A stretch of DNA of 61,784 bases, taken from positions 1 through 61,784 of the IMG/VR virus record IMGVR_UViG_3300029448_000029; one strand, written 5' to 3'. Within the stretch, counting starts at the first letter, position 1; each line of letters starts with the position of its first letter. Position numbers and translations under genes: made by a program. The notes under the pieces were generated by a model that was given only the letters and a program-made list of their open reading frames with translations, made no database searches and was not told the origin of the DNA. The stretch comes from a virus (taxonomy: Duplodnaviria; Caudoviricetes). Below are positions 8,801-18,351 of the stretch, piece by piece.

Positions 8801-10204
8801 TTAGAGTCCGAATCCGGTATTACCGTGCAGGTTGCTCACAGCGAACAATCTGTAGTATTGATTACCAGTCGTAGTCGTTCCCAGCGTGGTGAAGTCGGTA
8901 GACTGTGCGAATGGGTTAGCAACCATACCGTAACGAGTCTTGAATCCGATCTTGGGCTGGAAGGTATCCTCACCAACTGCTCTCACCATTTGCAGCGGAA
9001 CATATGGACAGTAGAAAATACCAGCGTCGTATGGGTTGGAACCTCTGTAACCAACCAAGCAGTAGTTAACATCGGTCTTAGCATAAGGGTCGATGTAGAC
9101 TCTCATCTTACCGTTCAAGACACCAGCGAATGTGTTACCAGTATCATCAACGTCAAGTTGAGTGTTCAGAGCAGGTGAGAGGTTCAAGAAACCACCCATA
9201 GCGAGGGCAGAAGCGACATCAGAAGATGTCACGATGAAGTTACCCTTACCACGACGAGTTTCCTTAGCGATCACGTTGGCTTCACGTTCGATTTGGAACA
9301 TGAGTCCACGGAATCTTTCAGCACTCCAACGACCGTCAGAGTCGAGGTTCAAGTCGTAAATACCAGTGTTGGTGAGATCACCTTGTTGGGCACCAGTCTT
9401 GGCCTTAAAGTAGAGAGTTCTGATCATTTCTCGGTTGATTTCAGTCAGAATCTCGGTGCTAAGAATGTTAGCGAGTTCTGTTTCAGCGTCGAGTCCGTGA
9501 ACAGCCTTCAGGTCTTGAGCGAGTTCTGTGGTGTATTCTGCTTTCAGAGCACGAGTTCTTGCTTCCACAGCAACTCTCTCGATGGAGAATGCCATTTCGC
9601 GGAAGGCAGGGTTTGCTGCATCGGTAGTAGCAGACACAGCGTCAAGATTTTCAGCACGATCTGTGAGAATACCTCTGAAGTCATCGAGAACTCTGGATCT
9701 TGTCATCGAAGCACCAGCACCAGCACCAGAAGTGGTCAGGGGCTCGACACCTTCGCTTGCAAGATCAGCAGCACCGTTGGAGGTGTTACCAGAACCGGAG
9801 AACTTAGCGAAGGCTTCTTGGAAGAGGGCTTCTGTTCCGGTTTGTGAGTCGTAGCGTGATCTCATCGCAAAGATAAGACCAGTGGGAGCCGACATGGGCT
9901 GAACACCAGCAATATCATAAGCAATCAGGTTAGGCATCGCACGACGAACGAGTGAGATAAGAACCGGATCATAACCAGCGAGGTTGCCAGTTGTTTGTGC
10001 GGCAGCGGACACGGAGAAACCACCACCCATTGAGTTGGTTGGGGCTTCGTTCAGTGCTTGCTCACGCAGAGCGGTTTCTGTGTTCTCAAGAAGAACAGCA
10101 GTGACCTTTCTCTTGTAATGATCGGCCATTTCAGGAAGAGCCTTGGTCTCCAACACTGGATTCCACTTCTCTTCTAAGACATCGTATGGTGTTGCGTTTT
10201 CCAT
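8801..10204 (-). CDS. gp23: Major capsid protein
   Basis: DPVLISLVRRAMPNLIAYDIAGVQPM.APTGLIFAMRSRY, ARTRALKAEYT.ELAQDLKAVHGLDAETEL, FYCPYVPLQMVRAVG..TFQPKIGFKTRYG. Confidence 0.99.
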   Translation of the reverse strand: MENATPYDVLEEKWNPVLETKALPEMADHYKRKVTAVLLENTETALREQALNEAPTNSMGGGFSVSAAAQTTGNLAGYDPVLISLVRRAMPNLIAYDIAGVQPMSAPTGLIFAMRSRYDSQTGTEALFQEAFAKFSGSGNTSNGAADLASEGVEPLTTSGAGAGASMTRSRVLDDFRGILTDRAENLDAVSATTDAANPAFREMAFSIERVAVEARTRALKAEYTTELAQDLKAVHGLDAETELANILSTEILTEINREMIRTLYFKAKTGAQQGDLTNTGIYDLNLDSDGRWSAERFRGLMFQIEREANVIAKETRRGKGNFIVTSSDVASALAMGGFLNLSPALNTQLDVDDTGNTFAGVLNGKMRVYIDPYAKTDVNYCLVGYRGSNPYDAGIFYCPYVPLQMVRAVGEDTFQPKIGFKTRYGMVANPFAQSTDFTTLGTTTTGNQYYRLFAVSNLHGNTGFGL

Positions 10205-10237
10205 GTTTGTTTTCTCCTAGTAAGTGTTACCTTTGGG

Positions 10238-10245
10238 TATTTATA
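10238..10245 (-). promoter_or_regulatory. T4-type late promoter TATAAATA for gp23
   Basis: Exact consensus in the gp22-gp23 intergenic gap; SD AGGAG downstream. Confidence 0.85.
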
Positions 10246-10268
10246 GTTTTTAAATTTTAACCCTTGTT

Positions 10269-11183
10269 TTAACGATTATTTCTTTCTAATGCTCTAAGGT
10301 ATCCTGACATTGCGTCACTACCTTCAACGATAACTTTCTCTGGTTCGTGTGTTTCTGTCTCCTCTGTCAACACAGGAGCAGACTTTGTTTTCTTGAAGTA
10401 TGATTCTTTAATACCACCAAGTTTTTCAGAGTAAGTTTTCTCATCCTCAAAAGAGACTTCTTCAGACAGGTTAAAGAACTTTTCCTTATCAAGTTCAGTT
10501 AAACCTTCAGAAATTTGATGTGCAATCTCGTTTTTTCTATAAGATTCAAGGGCACCCAACAATTCGCTATTGATATTCAATGCCTCATCTAAATTCTTCT
10601 TTGTCTCTTCGTTCTTTTCAAACAAGTCATCAAGGAGATTCACCTTTGAGTCTGGGACTTGAATGAAGTGATTTTCGAAAAGACCTTTCAGATCGTCGAT
10701 GAAACTTTCAGCGATTTGAAGTCTCATACCAGTTTCAACAGCGAGTTTGTTTTCTTCCATCCAGTTTTCAACGACATAGTTGAGGTATTCATCAACCTTT
10801 GTTGACATTGACTCTGTGAGTTCAGAAACTTTTTCTTCTAGTTCAGTTTGGAATGATTCTTTAAGGCTTTCAGTGATAGACTCTGTTCTTCTACCAAGTT
10901 CTGCTTCAAAAATACCTTTTACTTTGGACTTAAATGTTTCGGAAAGTCCCTCACCATCAAAGAGGTCGGCAAAAACGTCCTCTTTGACACCACCAGCGTC
11001 ACCCTCTTCGGGTTCAACACCAGCAGCACCAGCGATAGTCTTTTTGTTTTCTTTGGAATTATCGGGGGCTTCCAATGTTCCTAAAACAGCACCTTTGCCT
11101 TCAGCGTCCATGTAAAGATCAGTATCTTCGAAGGAATCGACATCGGTGACATCTGCTTCACTTAGTTTTCTTTTTTGAGCCAT
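10269..11183 (-). CDS. gp22: Prohead core scaffold protein
   Basis: LSETFKSK...IFEA, VDEYLNYVVENWMEENKLAVETG.R..IAESF...LKGLF, acidic coiled coil; between gp21 and gp23. Confidence 0.94.
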   Translation of the reverse strand: MAQKRKLSEADVTDVDSFEDTDLYMDAEGKGAVLGTLEAPDNSKENKKTIAGAAGVEPEEGDAGGVKEDVFADLFDGEGLSETFKSKVKGIFEAELGRRTESITESLKESFQTELEEKVSELTESMSTKVDEYLNYVVENWMEENKLAVETGMRLQIAESFIDDLKGLFENHFIQVPDSKVNLLDDLFEKNEETKKNLDEALNINSELLGALESYRKNEIAHQISEGLTELDKEKFFNLSEEVSFEDEKTYSEKLGGIKESYFKKTKSAPVLTEETETHEPEKVIVEGSDAMSGYLRALERNNR

Positions 11184-11217
11184 TTGTTTATCTCCTTAGT
11201 GTATACTAATTTCTGTT

Positions 11218-11225
11218 TATTTATA
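11218..11225 (-). promoter_or_regulatory. T4-type late promoter TATAAATA for gp22
   Basis: Exact consensus in the intergenic gap; SD AAGGAG downstream. Confidence 0.8.
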
Positions 11226-11229
11226 TTTC

Positions 11230-11886
11230 TTAAAGTTTTGATAAGAAGTCTTTGAATAAATTAACGGCCTTTTCTTCTAAGTGTCTACCCGAAGTTGCCC
11301 TAATTTGTTTTTGATATTGAGCGATGTGTCTTTCTTGCAGAACACCGTTGTCCCAGATCCATTCTTTACCTTCCATGATTCCGTTCACGAAAGCGTTTGG
11401 AGCAGAGGGATCTGCAACGATATCGACCGCAGCGAGCATAAAGTCTTTTTGCACTTCATTCACACCACCTTCAGTCATTTTAAGACTACCCATACCACGA
11501 GAGGATACACCAAGTTTTGCACCCTCATCAATGAGATTCATGGCAATCTTACCCATAGGAGTTTCCATGACTTTTGCTTTACCGATAATATCACTGCCAG
11601 ACTGCTTAAGTTCTTTGATCATGTGAGATGCTCTGTCGAGGTTGACAGTTGGACCTTGTGGATGGTTGAGTTCTCCCAATGCACGATTTTGTGCAACATA
11701 ATCTTTATTATACTTTTCAACCACAGGCATCAGAACACCAGTAGGGTAGATCCTACCGTTTCTATTTTTCTGTTCCGCTTGCATGAAGATACCTTCTATA
11801 AAGTAGTTTTTTCTACCACTTTTTTCATCTGCCTCACAAATGAAATTAATATCCTCGTTTGTCTCTGTGATTAGTTTCAGTCCCAT
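11230..11886 (-). CDS. gp21: Prohead protease
   Basis: YFIEGIFMQAE.KNRNGRIY, ALGELNHP, LGVSSRGMGSL, DIVADPSAPNAFV. Confidence 0.97.
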   Translation of the reverse strand: MGLKLITETNEDINFICEADEKSGRKNYFIEGIFMQAEQKNRNGRIYPTGVLMPVVEKYNKDYVAQNRALGELNHPQGPTVNLDRASHMIKELKQSGSDIIGKAKVMETPMGKIAMNLIDEGAKLGVSSRGMGSLKMTEGGVNEVQKDFMLAAVDIVADPSAPNAFVNGIMEGKEWIWDNGVLQERHIAQYQKQIRATSGRHLEEKAVNLFKDFLSKL

Positions 11887-12434
11887 TAGTAGGATCCTCC
11901 TCTAGAGGGCTTAGCACGCACCATTGTTTTCTTCAATTTCTTTTCTCGTGCCTCAGTTTCTCCATGAACAAAAGAACTGTCATGAGGTGCTTCTGGGGCA
12001 CCTTCATCAACCTTTTTGAGTAAAGTAGAAGAGATTTTCTGTGGTTTTTTCTTAGATCGCTCTTTTCGGTATGCTTTAACGGCATCACCGATACCACTCT
12101 GACGAGTTACACCTAAACCTCTTGAGTCAAGTTTTTTCGTGTCTTCTTTTTCCTCTTCCTCTTTCATTGGCTCAACTGTTTTTCCACCCTTTTTAGCAAT
12201 CGCTTTACCAATTGCTTTTCTTCTATTGAGAAGATATGAATCGGTGTCATCGGTATCGCCGTCATTATCAACGTCTTTATCCTCTTTTCCGACAGGATCA
12301 AGTTTTTCATTGACAGTGGTGTCCAGTCCTTCTGAAATAATACCGGCAAGTTTGCTACTAAGAGTTTGATCAATGAGGTCTTTGGCATCGCTCATTTTTT
12401 TCTCGAAAATAAGTTTTACAATTTTATTGTCCAT
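11886..12434 (-). CDS. Prohead core / internal head protein (gp67-like N-terminus) with DxDxDG motif
   Basis: Start likely MDNK at 12434 (SD AGGAG); LDPVGKEDKDVDNDGDTDDTDSYLLNRRKAI motif; position between gp20 and gp21. Confidence 0.6.
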   Translation of the reverse strand: MDNKIVKLIFEKKMSDAKDLIDQTLSSKLAGIISEGLDTTVNEKLDPVGKEDKDVDNDGDTDDTDSYLLNRRKAIGKAIAKKGGKTVEPMKEEEEKEDTKKLDSRGLGVTRQSGIGDAVKAYRKERSKKKPQKISSTLLKKVDEGAPEAPHDSSFVHGETEAREKKLKKTMVRAKPSRGGSY

Positions 12435-12825
12435 CGTTATCTCCTGAAACAATTGTTTCTAAAATGCTAGTGTATTTGTCTTTGGACTCAAAAACCGTTT
12501 CTCTGAATGATTTTTGTAGTTCTTGTGGTAAATTATCGTGTGCTTCAGACAATAAAGAAGCAACGTCTTCAGTTACAACCAAACGATCACCATCTGGAAG
12601 ATCGACATTCACCTCATTAGAGTTCTGTAAACACTCGTTTATTACTGACACAAATGCAGTTTCCTCATTGACTTCCTCTGTTTGTTGAGTGAAAAGACCT
12701 TCGGCAACGGACTTTCTTGCTTCGTCCATTTTGGAGGAAACCATTTCACTAATGATCTGCTCCGTAACATTAGCGAAAGACTCTTGGTTTGATTCAAGTG
12801 CTGCTTGTAGTAAATCTTTTTTCAT
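12424..12825 (-). CDS. Small prohead core protein (gp67/gp68-like)
   Basis: Acidic helical N-terminus ending ...KSVAEGLF, directly after the portal gene. Confidence 0.55.
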   Translation of the reverse strand: MKKDLLQAALESNQESFANVTEQIISEMVSSKMDEARKSVAEGLFTQQTEEVNEETAFVSVINECLQNSNEVNVDLPDGDRLVVTEDVASLLSEAHDNLPQELQKSFRETVFESKDKYTSILETIVSGDNDGQ

Positions 12826-14351
12826 TGTTCTTCCCCTGTCTCCTCCGGAGTTGCTGTTGCGATTTCACCGCTTTTAATTTCGGCTTGTATTTCAGAGAAG
12901 TTTCTGCTTTCTGTATCTTCAGTCATACCGAAAACTTCTCGTCTTATGTATGAATTTGAGAAATATCTTCCGACATATGGCTCCATTCCGGCTGCTATCG
13001 TCAACCGGTCTCTCATCAACTCAATGTTTTTCAGTTCGGAGTAATGAGAATCTTCATTGAAGTTAAATCTGATTTTGGATCTGAGTAACTCAAAATCGTC
13101 AATACTCATAACACCAACGAGAGATAATTGAATTTTAAGTGCATCCAAGAATAGATCACAGAATTTATTTCTGAGACGGTGAATAAACTTGGCAAACTTC
13201 ACCTCATCCCGTGTAATTTCTGCTGATCTACCCATATTGAATCCATTATCCGCAGCGGTTCGTGAAACAGGAACATTCAATGCTCGATAAAGTTTTTGGA
13301 GCATGTATTCAACATCACGCATTTCACCAAGGTTGGTTCCGCCGGGGAGAGTAGTGACCTCTGTTCCTTTACCACCCTCTTTTCGTGGCAAGAAGAAATC
13401 CTCCATCATGTGAAAATGATCTCTATCGTCTCTAATGTTTCCTGTGTTTTGATCATAAACCAATTTATTACGATATCTCTTCGCAAGACCCTCAATATAT
13501 TGTTGTGCCTTTTGAGTCGGCATGTTACCAACGTCAACGTAAAACACTCTTCTTTCGGGGGCTCGTGAAATACGATACACAACCGCTGCGTCCTCCAGTT
13601 GTCTGAGCATGTTTAGAGGACGAATCGCTTTTTGTAGATAACCAAGCACACGTTTACTGTTATTATCAATCATCCCCGAGTGACAATAAAGAACTGAATC
13701 GTTCGTTAATCGAACACCCGTCGTTGCAGTTTGATATGTCGCATCTTTATTTGTGTTGGTGTAGACGTAATACTCTTCGATATCACCAACTTTTGGTGTT
13801 GCTAAAAATCCTGCGTTTTGTAACTTGTTTACTTTTCTAATCTTCTTAATTTGAAGAGGGTCTATTGCACGAAACTCTTTGATTCCAAGTTGAGGATTTT
13901 CTTCATCAATCATTATGTAATAGAATAGTTTACTATCGACATACCATCTTCTAAAAATTGAGTGTGAATCTGTGTGAAAATTAAGAAGATCAAGAATCCT
14001 ATCAAATTCTTGATAAACTCTAGATTTAATTTGTGGTGGGAGAAGAGTTTCCTCCAGATCAATTTTAATCGGTTTACTGTCGTCACCTGCTATCACAGCC
14101 TCGTTGACAATATCTTCGATTGCCTGATCAACTTCCGGAAATAAAGACATCGTTCGATATCTTTTAATAAAATCCTCTTCAGTTTTTGCACCACCACTAA
14201 AGTCCGTATATGAACTTAAAAATCCACCGTAAATAGATCCACTCTCAATATTATAAGAGCCATCATAAGAATCGGGTGAAACAATATCGTTTGCACTCGG
14301 CTCCTTACTAGTTTCTTTACCGATTGTGAAACCAAAAATATTTATTGCCAT
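12822..14351 (-). CDS. gp20: Portal vertex protein
   Basis: FRRWYVD, YLQKAIRPLNMLRQLEDAAVVYRISRAPERRVFYVDVGN, EDFFLPRKEGGKGTEVTTLPGG, ITRDEVKF.KF. Confidence 0.98.
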   Translation of the reverse strand: MAINIFGFTIGKETSKEPSANDIVSPDSYDGSYNIESGSIYGGFLSSYTDFSGGAKTEEDFIKRYRTMSLFPEVDQAIEDIVNEAVIAGDDSKPIKIDLEETLLPPQIKSRVYQEFDRILDLLNFHTDSHSIFRRWYVDSKLFYYIMIDEENPQLGIKEFRAIDPLQIKKIRKVNKLQNAGFLATPKVGDIEEYYVYTNTNKDATYQTATTGVRLTNDSVLYCHSGMIDNNSKRVLGYLQKAIRPLNMLRQLEDAAVVYRISRAPERRVFYVDVGNMPTQKAQQYIEGLAKRYRNKLVYDQNTGNIRDDRDHFHMMEDFFLPRKEGGKGTEVTTLPGGTNLGEMRDVEYMLQKLYRALNVPVSRTAADNGFNMGRSAEITRDEVKFAKFIHRLRNKFCDLFLDALKIQLSLVGVMSIDDFELLRSKIRFNFNEDSHYSELKNIELMRDRLTIAAGMEPYVGRYFSNSYIRREVFGMTEDTESRNFSEIQAEIKSGEIATATPEETGEEQ

Positions 14352-14380
14352 TATGAATCCTCTCTTTGATTAGGTCGTAT

Positions 14381-14388
14381 TATTTATA
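14381..14388 (-). promoter_or_regulatory. T4-type late promoter TATAAATA for gp20, located in a hairpin loop
   Basis: Exact consensus, flanked by inverted repeats that pair with the gp20 SD. Confidence 0.85.
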
Positions 14389-14405
14389 CGATCCTAATTC
14401 GAGGA

Positions 14406-14945
14406 TTAACTGATCACTTCGAAGTAATCGTAAGCAATAGTCACTGGGAATTCAACAACCGTGTCAAGTGCGTCATAAGTGAGATCAATAGAACCAACTT
14501 CGACAGGCCAACAGTTTTTAAGCACAACTTCTTTAAGAGTTGAACCGTCTGTGAGGTCAAGGTGCTTAACTGTCCACTCTGTCAACGAGCCAGGAGTATC
14601 GGTCCAAGACTCAGGCTGAGAGTTTTCAAAGTGAAGGTTTGCAGACTCACTCCACGCTTGAAACTGTCTATAAACTGTATCAACAGTATCGTAAATAACG
14701 ATTGGCCATTCGAGATATTGACGATCACCAACGATTTTGGCAATTCTACCACGGAAAGGAACCGGAATGATACCAAGTGTTGATGGAGGAAGTTGTCCTG
14801 CTTTTACAAGAAGATTACCACCATTACTTGGTGCGAGTTCTGACATTGGAAGTGGTGCGTCATTTACGAACAAGTTACCGCTAATTTCAAATCGGTTCTG
14901 TCTCGTCCCACCTCGGAATACGTTTCTGAAAGCATCTAAATTCAT
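14406..14945 (-). CDS. gp19: Tail tube protein
   Basis: GGTRQNRFE, LVKAGQLPPS.LG.I.VPFRGR.AKI.GDR, WPVEVGSIDL.YD, EF.VT..YDY. Confidence 0.94.
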   Translation of the reverse strand: MNLDAFRNVFRGGTRQNRFEISGNLFVNDAPLPMSELAPSNGGNLLVKAGQLPPSTLGIIPVPFRGRIAKIVGDRQYLEWPIVIYDTVDTVYRQFQAWSESANLHFENSQPESWTDTPGSLTEWTVKHLDLTDGSTLKEVVLKNCWPVEVGSIDLTYDALDTVVEFPVTIAYDYFEVIS

Positions 14946-14960
14946 GTGTTACTCCTTAGT

Positions 14961-16181
14961 TTATGCTGGTGAAGAACCTAAATCAGCGTCCTGATTCTTG
15001 TTTGTGAATGTAAGTTGGATAAAGTTAATGGACTTGATTGGTTTAACAAATACATCAGCGACAAAGATGTTTGCTTCTGCCTTTTCAGGTGGGTTATTTG
15101 TTTCGTCACAAACAAGTCTAAAGTCAAAGATACCTCTATCCGCTTGAATACCTCTAAGAACTGCACTTGCTCTCGAAACAAAGTTAGTTCTTGTTTCATT
15201 ATCATTTTGTTCAAAGAGAATGGATCTTGCGATTCGCCCAATATCTTTCTTAAGTGTGATAAAGAGTCTGGAAACGTTAATTCTACTTAATGTTGATGTT
15301 GTAGCCTTAAACGTTTTGTCACCAAACAAGAACGTTCCTTCACCGGGGAAAGTAACAATTGGGTTAACACCTGCATCATACAAGGTGTCTTGATTTGCTT
15401 GAGTCAATGTGTGCTTAAGTTTTACAACATCCAAAATTCTACCCCGAGTAAAACCAGCGGGTGAGAAGAAGGGTTGGAATCTAGTATCTGTTCTCGCCAG
15501 ACAACCAGCAACATCAGCGGAGCAGTGTGTTTCAATTAAATCAGAGGAAATATCACTTATGGTAGATTTTCTTTCGAATCCTAAGTGAACTTTTTTACCG
15601 TAAACAGCAATTTTATTTTCCGCAAATTCTGAATCGCCAATCGTGGGAACAAAATCAAAAGCAAACGATGATCCGGTTCCACCTGCGGGGACAATCGCAA
15701 CACAGTCACCACCACGAGACGCTGGAACAGCGAGTGTTGTGTTAACATCAGCAACGGCACTCGATGTGCAGAAAACAGAGTCGATTGATCTTGATTGATA
15801 GTCCGAAGCGGTAAAACCAACGATGGCTGATCCACCATAAAGAAGATAATTTTGAACGGAATACCAGTCATTTTTGATATTAAGTCTACTGTCGCTCGTA
15901 TCCTCTGGGCTAGCATAAGTAATACCCGCTCCAGTTGATTCTTTAATACCAAAAGTATTATCTCTTAGTCGTTTTGTCCAATCGTCAAGGTTAGGAACCT
16001 CCAAGAATCCTTGATCTCTTTCAGCGGTATTCCCTAATGCCGTTACAATACCGTGTTCCTCTGGAATGTAAGCAGCGACGTGTGCTCCATCGGTTTCGGT
16101 AATTAATGTTACAAAACTGTCATCCTCAACGGTAACGATTACTCTCGCTCGTCCGGAATTAATTGTAAGAAAGTCTGCCAT
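14961..16181 (-). CDS. gp18: Contractile tail sheath protein (short form)
   Basis: C-terminal sheath domain: DVAGCLARTD, FFSPAGFTRG, LYDAGVNPIVTFPGEG..LFGDKT, SRINVSRLF, VCDETNN, VKPIKSINFI. Confidence 0.94.
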   Translation of the reverse strand: MADFLTINSGRARVIVTVEDDSFVTLITETDGAHVAAYIPEEHGIVTALGNTAERDQGFLEVPNLDDWTKRLRDNTFGIKESTGAGITYASPEDTSDSRLNIKNDWYSVQNYLLYGGSAIVGFTASDYQSRSIDSVFCTSSAVADVNTTLAVPASRGGDCVAIVPAGGTGSSFAFDFVPTIGDSEFAENKIAVYGKKVHLGFERKSTISDISSDLIETHCSADVAGCLARTDTRFQPFFSPAGFTRGRILDVVKLKHTLTQANQDTLYDAGVNPIVTFPGEGTFLFGDKTFKATTSTLSRINVSRLFITLKKDIGRIARSILFEQNDNETRTNFVSRASAVLRGIQADRGIFDFRLVCDETNNPPEKAEANIFVADVFVKPIKSINFIQLTFTNKNQDADLGSSPA

Positions 16182-16215
16182 GGGTGTCCTCCAGTGATAT
16201 TATGGTGTTCGAGAG

Positions 16216-16223
16216 TATTTATG
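16216..16223 (-). promoter_or_regulatory. Late promoter CATAAATA for gp18
   Basis: One mismatch to consensus, in the gp17-gp18 gap; SD GGAGG downstream. Confidence 0.7.
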
Positions 16224-16241
16224 AATTTTCATATTTGACTG

Positions 16242-17891
16242 TTAATTAAACCATCTGTCCTCTCCGTCCCAAATACTATCGTTTTCACCGTCCATATGCG
16301 GAACAAAGCCAAAAGGCATCACTTCCGATTCCAATCTTTTTATTTCATCATCAAAAATATCAACCCGAACATCTGTATTTGTTAAGTCTTTAAAATAGTC
16401 TTGACGAGTAAGCCAAGCAAAAAGAACAAGCGTCATTACCAAGTCATCGTTGTGTCCTTCATCTGCCTCGTATGACTGTCCTTTTGCGACAAATGTAATA
16501 AGTTCATTCACGATTTCTAAGTCTTCGATGATCATTTTATCTTGCTCAATAAGACTTTTAAGAACAGAACATCCTAATTTTTTAACGGCACTCGTTGTTC
16601 TTACACCCATATGAGATTTTGATCCACCAAAACCACCAGAAATTGTTTGTCCCGCTCTTCCTCTAAAAGCACACATCAAAATATTTTCATACTCCAAGTC
16701 ACGATGAAGGACATCTGCAACCTGTCCACCAATATCGTTGATTTCAATGAGTGTTTGAGCCATATTATATTTTTCAGCGACTGCTTTGATTACGGTTGGA
16801 TAAACCATCGGTGAGATAATATTATTTCGGTATTTTGCAACCACCTTGTATGGAGTCTCGGTAATGTCTGTTATGGTAAACGCACTGTAATCTTTTCCTT
16901 GTCCCCGAGCGGTGTCCACAACACAAACATACTTGTGATTTGCTTTCGGTTCCTCATATAAGTCTAATCCGTCTTTATTTTTCTCAATGGGATTTACCCA
17001 AGACAAAGCGTGAAGTTTAGACGAGGATATCAGGGTGTTTGCAGAACCAACAAAGTCACATTCAAATTCTGTTTGGAATTGAATCTCGCTGGTGTTTGCA
17101 ATCGTTTCCTCTTTCCACTTGTCATTCCGAAGAGGTCCGCCGGGATACATGGGAACTTGCGACCAGTGAACCTCGATGGGAACATATTCGTTCTTTCCGA
17201 TCTCTCCTGCTTTCTTTGTAGCACCCTTCCAGTAGTGGTAGAACATGTTCAAACCGTTCGGAGTGGAAACCATCAGGACTTTCGTGGACTGTCCAGAAGA
17301 GATTGTAGGGTATACAGAACTAAAGAATTCATCAGCAATACCGTGTGGAACGTGAGCAAATTCGTCAAGGAAAATCATGTTGAACGAGCCACCCCGAATC
17401 GCACTCGATGATGTTGACGATGCGATGATCCGAGAGCCGTTCTCTAACTGAATGGAACCTTTGTTCCATTCTACAATACCTTGCTGCAACCAGATCGGAA
17501 GATACTCATATGCCAGTTTGAGTCGGTGCAAAAGTTCTCTCGCTGTGCTTTGTTTGTTAGCGAGAATACCAACCGTCATATCTTGGTTAAAAAGAATGTA
17601 GTGTAGAATGTAAGAAACAACCGTGGTGGACTTACCAGACTGTCGAGGAAGTTTACAAATCACAAAACGATTGCTGTGAATTGTTTCCACAATTTCTTTT
17701 TGATAATCATATAGATCAAAGGGAATCAAACCTTTATCTAGTGAGACAACCTTAACATATTTCTTTGTAAAATAAATCGGATCCCCAGCACATTTCATGT
17801 ATTCTTTAACTTGTGCTTTGGTGAAGGACATCTCCAAACCAGTTTCTTTCAGGTTCGGATTACCAAGATATCCTTTTTGTTTATCACTCAT
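16242..17891 (-). CDS. gp17: Terminase large subunit
   Basis: YLGNPNLK, Walker A PRQSGKST, Walker B IFLDEFAH, STPNG, nuclease VDTARG..DYS, HNDDLVM. Confidence 0.98.
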   Translation of the reverse strand: MSDKQKGYLGNPNLKETGLEMSFTKAQVKEYMKCAGDPIYFTKKYVKVVSLDKGLIPFDLYDYQKEIVETIHSNRFVICKLPRQSGKSTTVVSYILHYILFNQDMTVGILANKQSTARELLHRLKLAYEYLPIWLQQGIVEWNKGSIQLENGSRIIASSTSSSAIRGGSFNMIFLDEFAHVPHGIADEFFSSVYPTISSGQSTKVLMVSTPNGLNMFYHYWKGATKKAGEIGKNEYVPIEVHWSQVPMYPGGPLRNDKWKEETIANTSEIQFQTEFECDFVGSANTLISSSKLHALSWVNPIEKNKDGLDLYEEPKANHKYVCVVDTARGQGKDYSAFTITDITETPYKVVAKYRNNIISPMVYPTVIKAVAEKYNMAQTLIEINDIGGQVADVLHRDLEYENILMCAFRGRAGQTISGGFGGSKSHMGVRTTSAVKKLGCSVLKSLIEQDKMIIEDLEIVNELITFVAKGQSYEADEGHNDDLVMTLVLFAWLTRQDYFKDLTNTDVRVDIFDDEIKRLESEVMPFGFVPHMDGENDSIWDGEDRWFN

Positions 17892-18339
17892 CTAAATCCT
17901 CCGTCACATCCAACATATCTTGTCTGACTTTTGCTCGGGAACTTCGATCATTGTTGATCAAGTCCTGAAGTTCGAGTGTTGAGCCAACATAGATGGCATT
18001 GTTTGTGGTGTTGTTCACGTTCACTTCAGTCTTGTCCATGTCTGCCATCTTCTTATGTAAGTCCATAAGATCAGTGTTCACCTCAGAAACCGTCTTAATA
18101 AGAGTGGCAGCAACTTCGTATGCTCTAGGATGATCTCCCTCGGACGCAATCTTCAGAATACCGTCGATGGCTTCACTGCCACGATCAATGAGTTCCTTTA
18201 GATTTTTTCGAGTGAGGTTAAAATCAACGTCTGCTTTGTCACCAGTGAGTTGAATTTCCTTGACTTCTTTTTTTATATCGTTAACCTCTGCCTTGTAGGT
18301 TGTTTCAAGTGCCTCTGATATTTTATCATTAGAATCCAT
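17884..18339 (-). CDS. gp16: Terminase small subunit
   Basis: DF..TRKNL..LI..G..AIDGIL..A....HPRAYEVAA.LIK, NNAIYVGST.ELQ. Confidence 0.93.
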   Translation of the reverse strand: MDSNDKISEALETTYKAEVNDIKKEVKEIQLTGDKADVDFNLTRKNLKELIDRGSEAIDGILKIASEGDHPRAYEVAATLIKTVSEVNTDLMDLHKKMADMDKTEVNVNNTTNNAIYVGSTLELQDLINNDRSSRAKVRQDMLDVTEDLDE

Positions 18340-18351
18340 GTTTTCTCCATA

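Noticed and set aside
8825-9854. Long plus-strand ORFs antisense to gp23 (117, 184, 108 aa), and similar ones opposite gp21, gp22 and gp46
   Set aside because: Shadow ORFs produced by codon bias of highly expressed genes; no motifs, promoters or SDs.
16242-17891. Intein or intron in terminase, UvsW, gp46, portal or capsid genes
   Set aside because: All have normal lengths and uninterrupted motifs; no intein terminal signatures seen.
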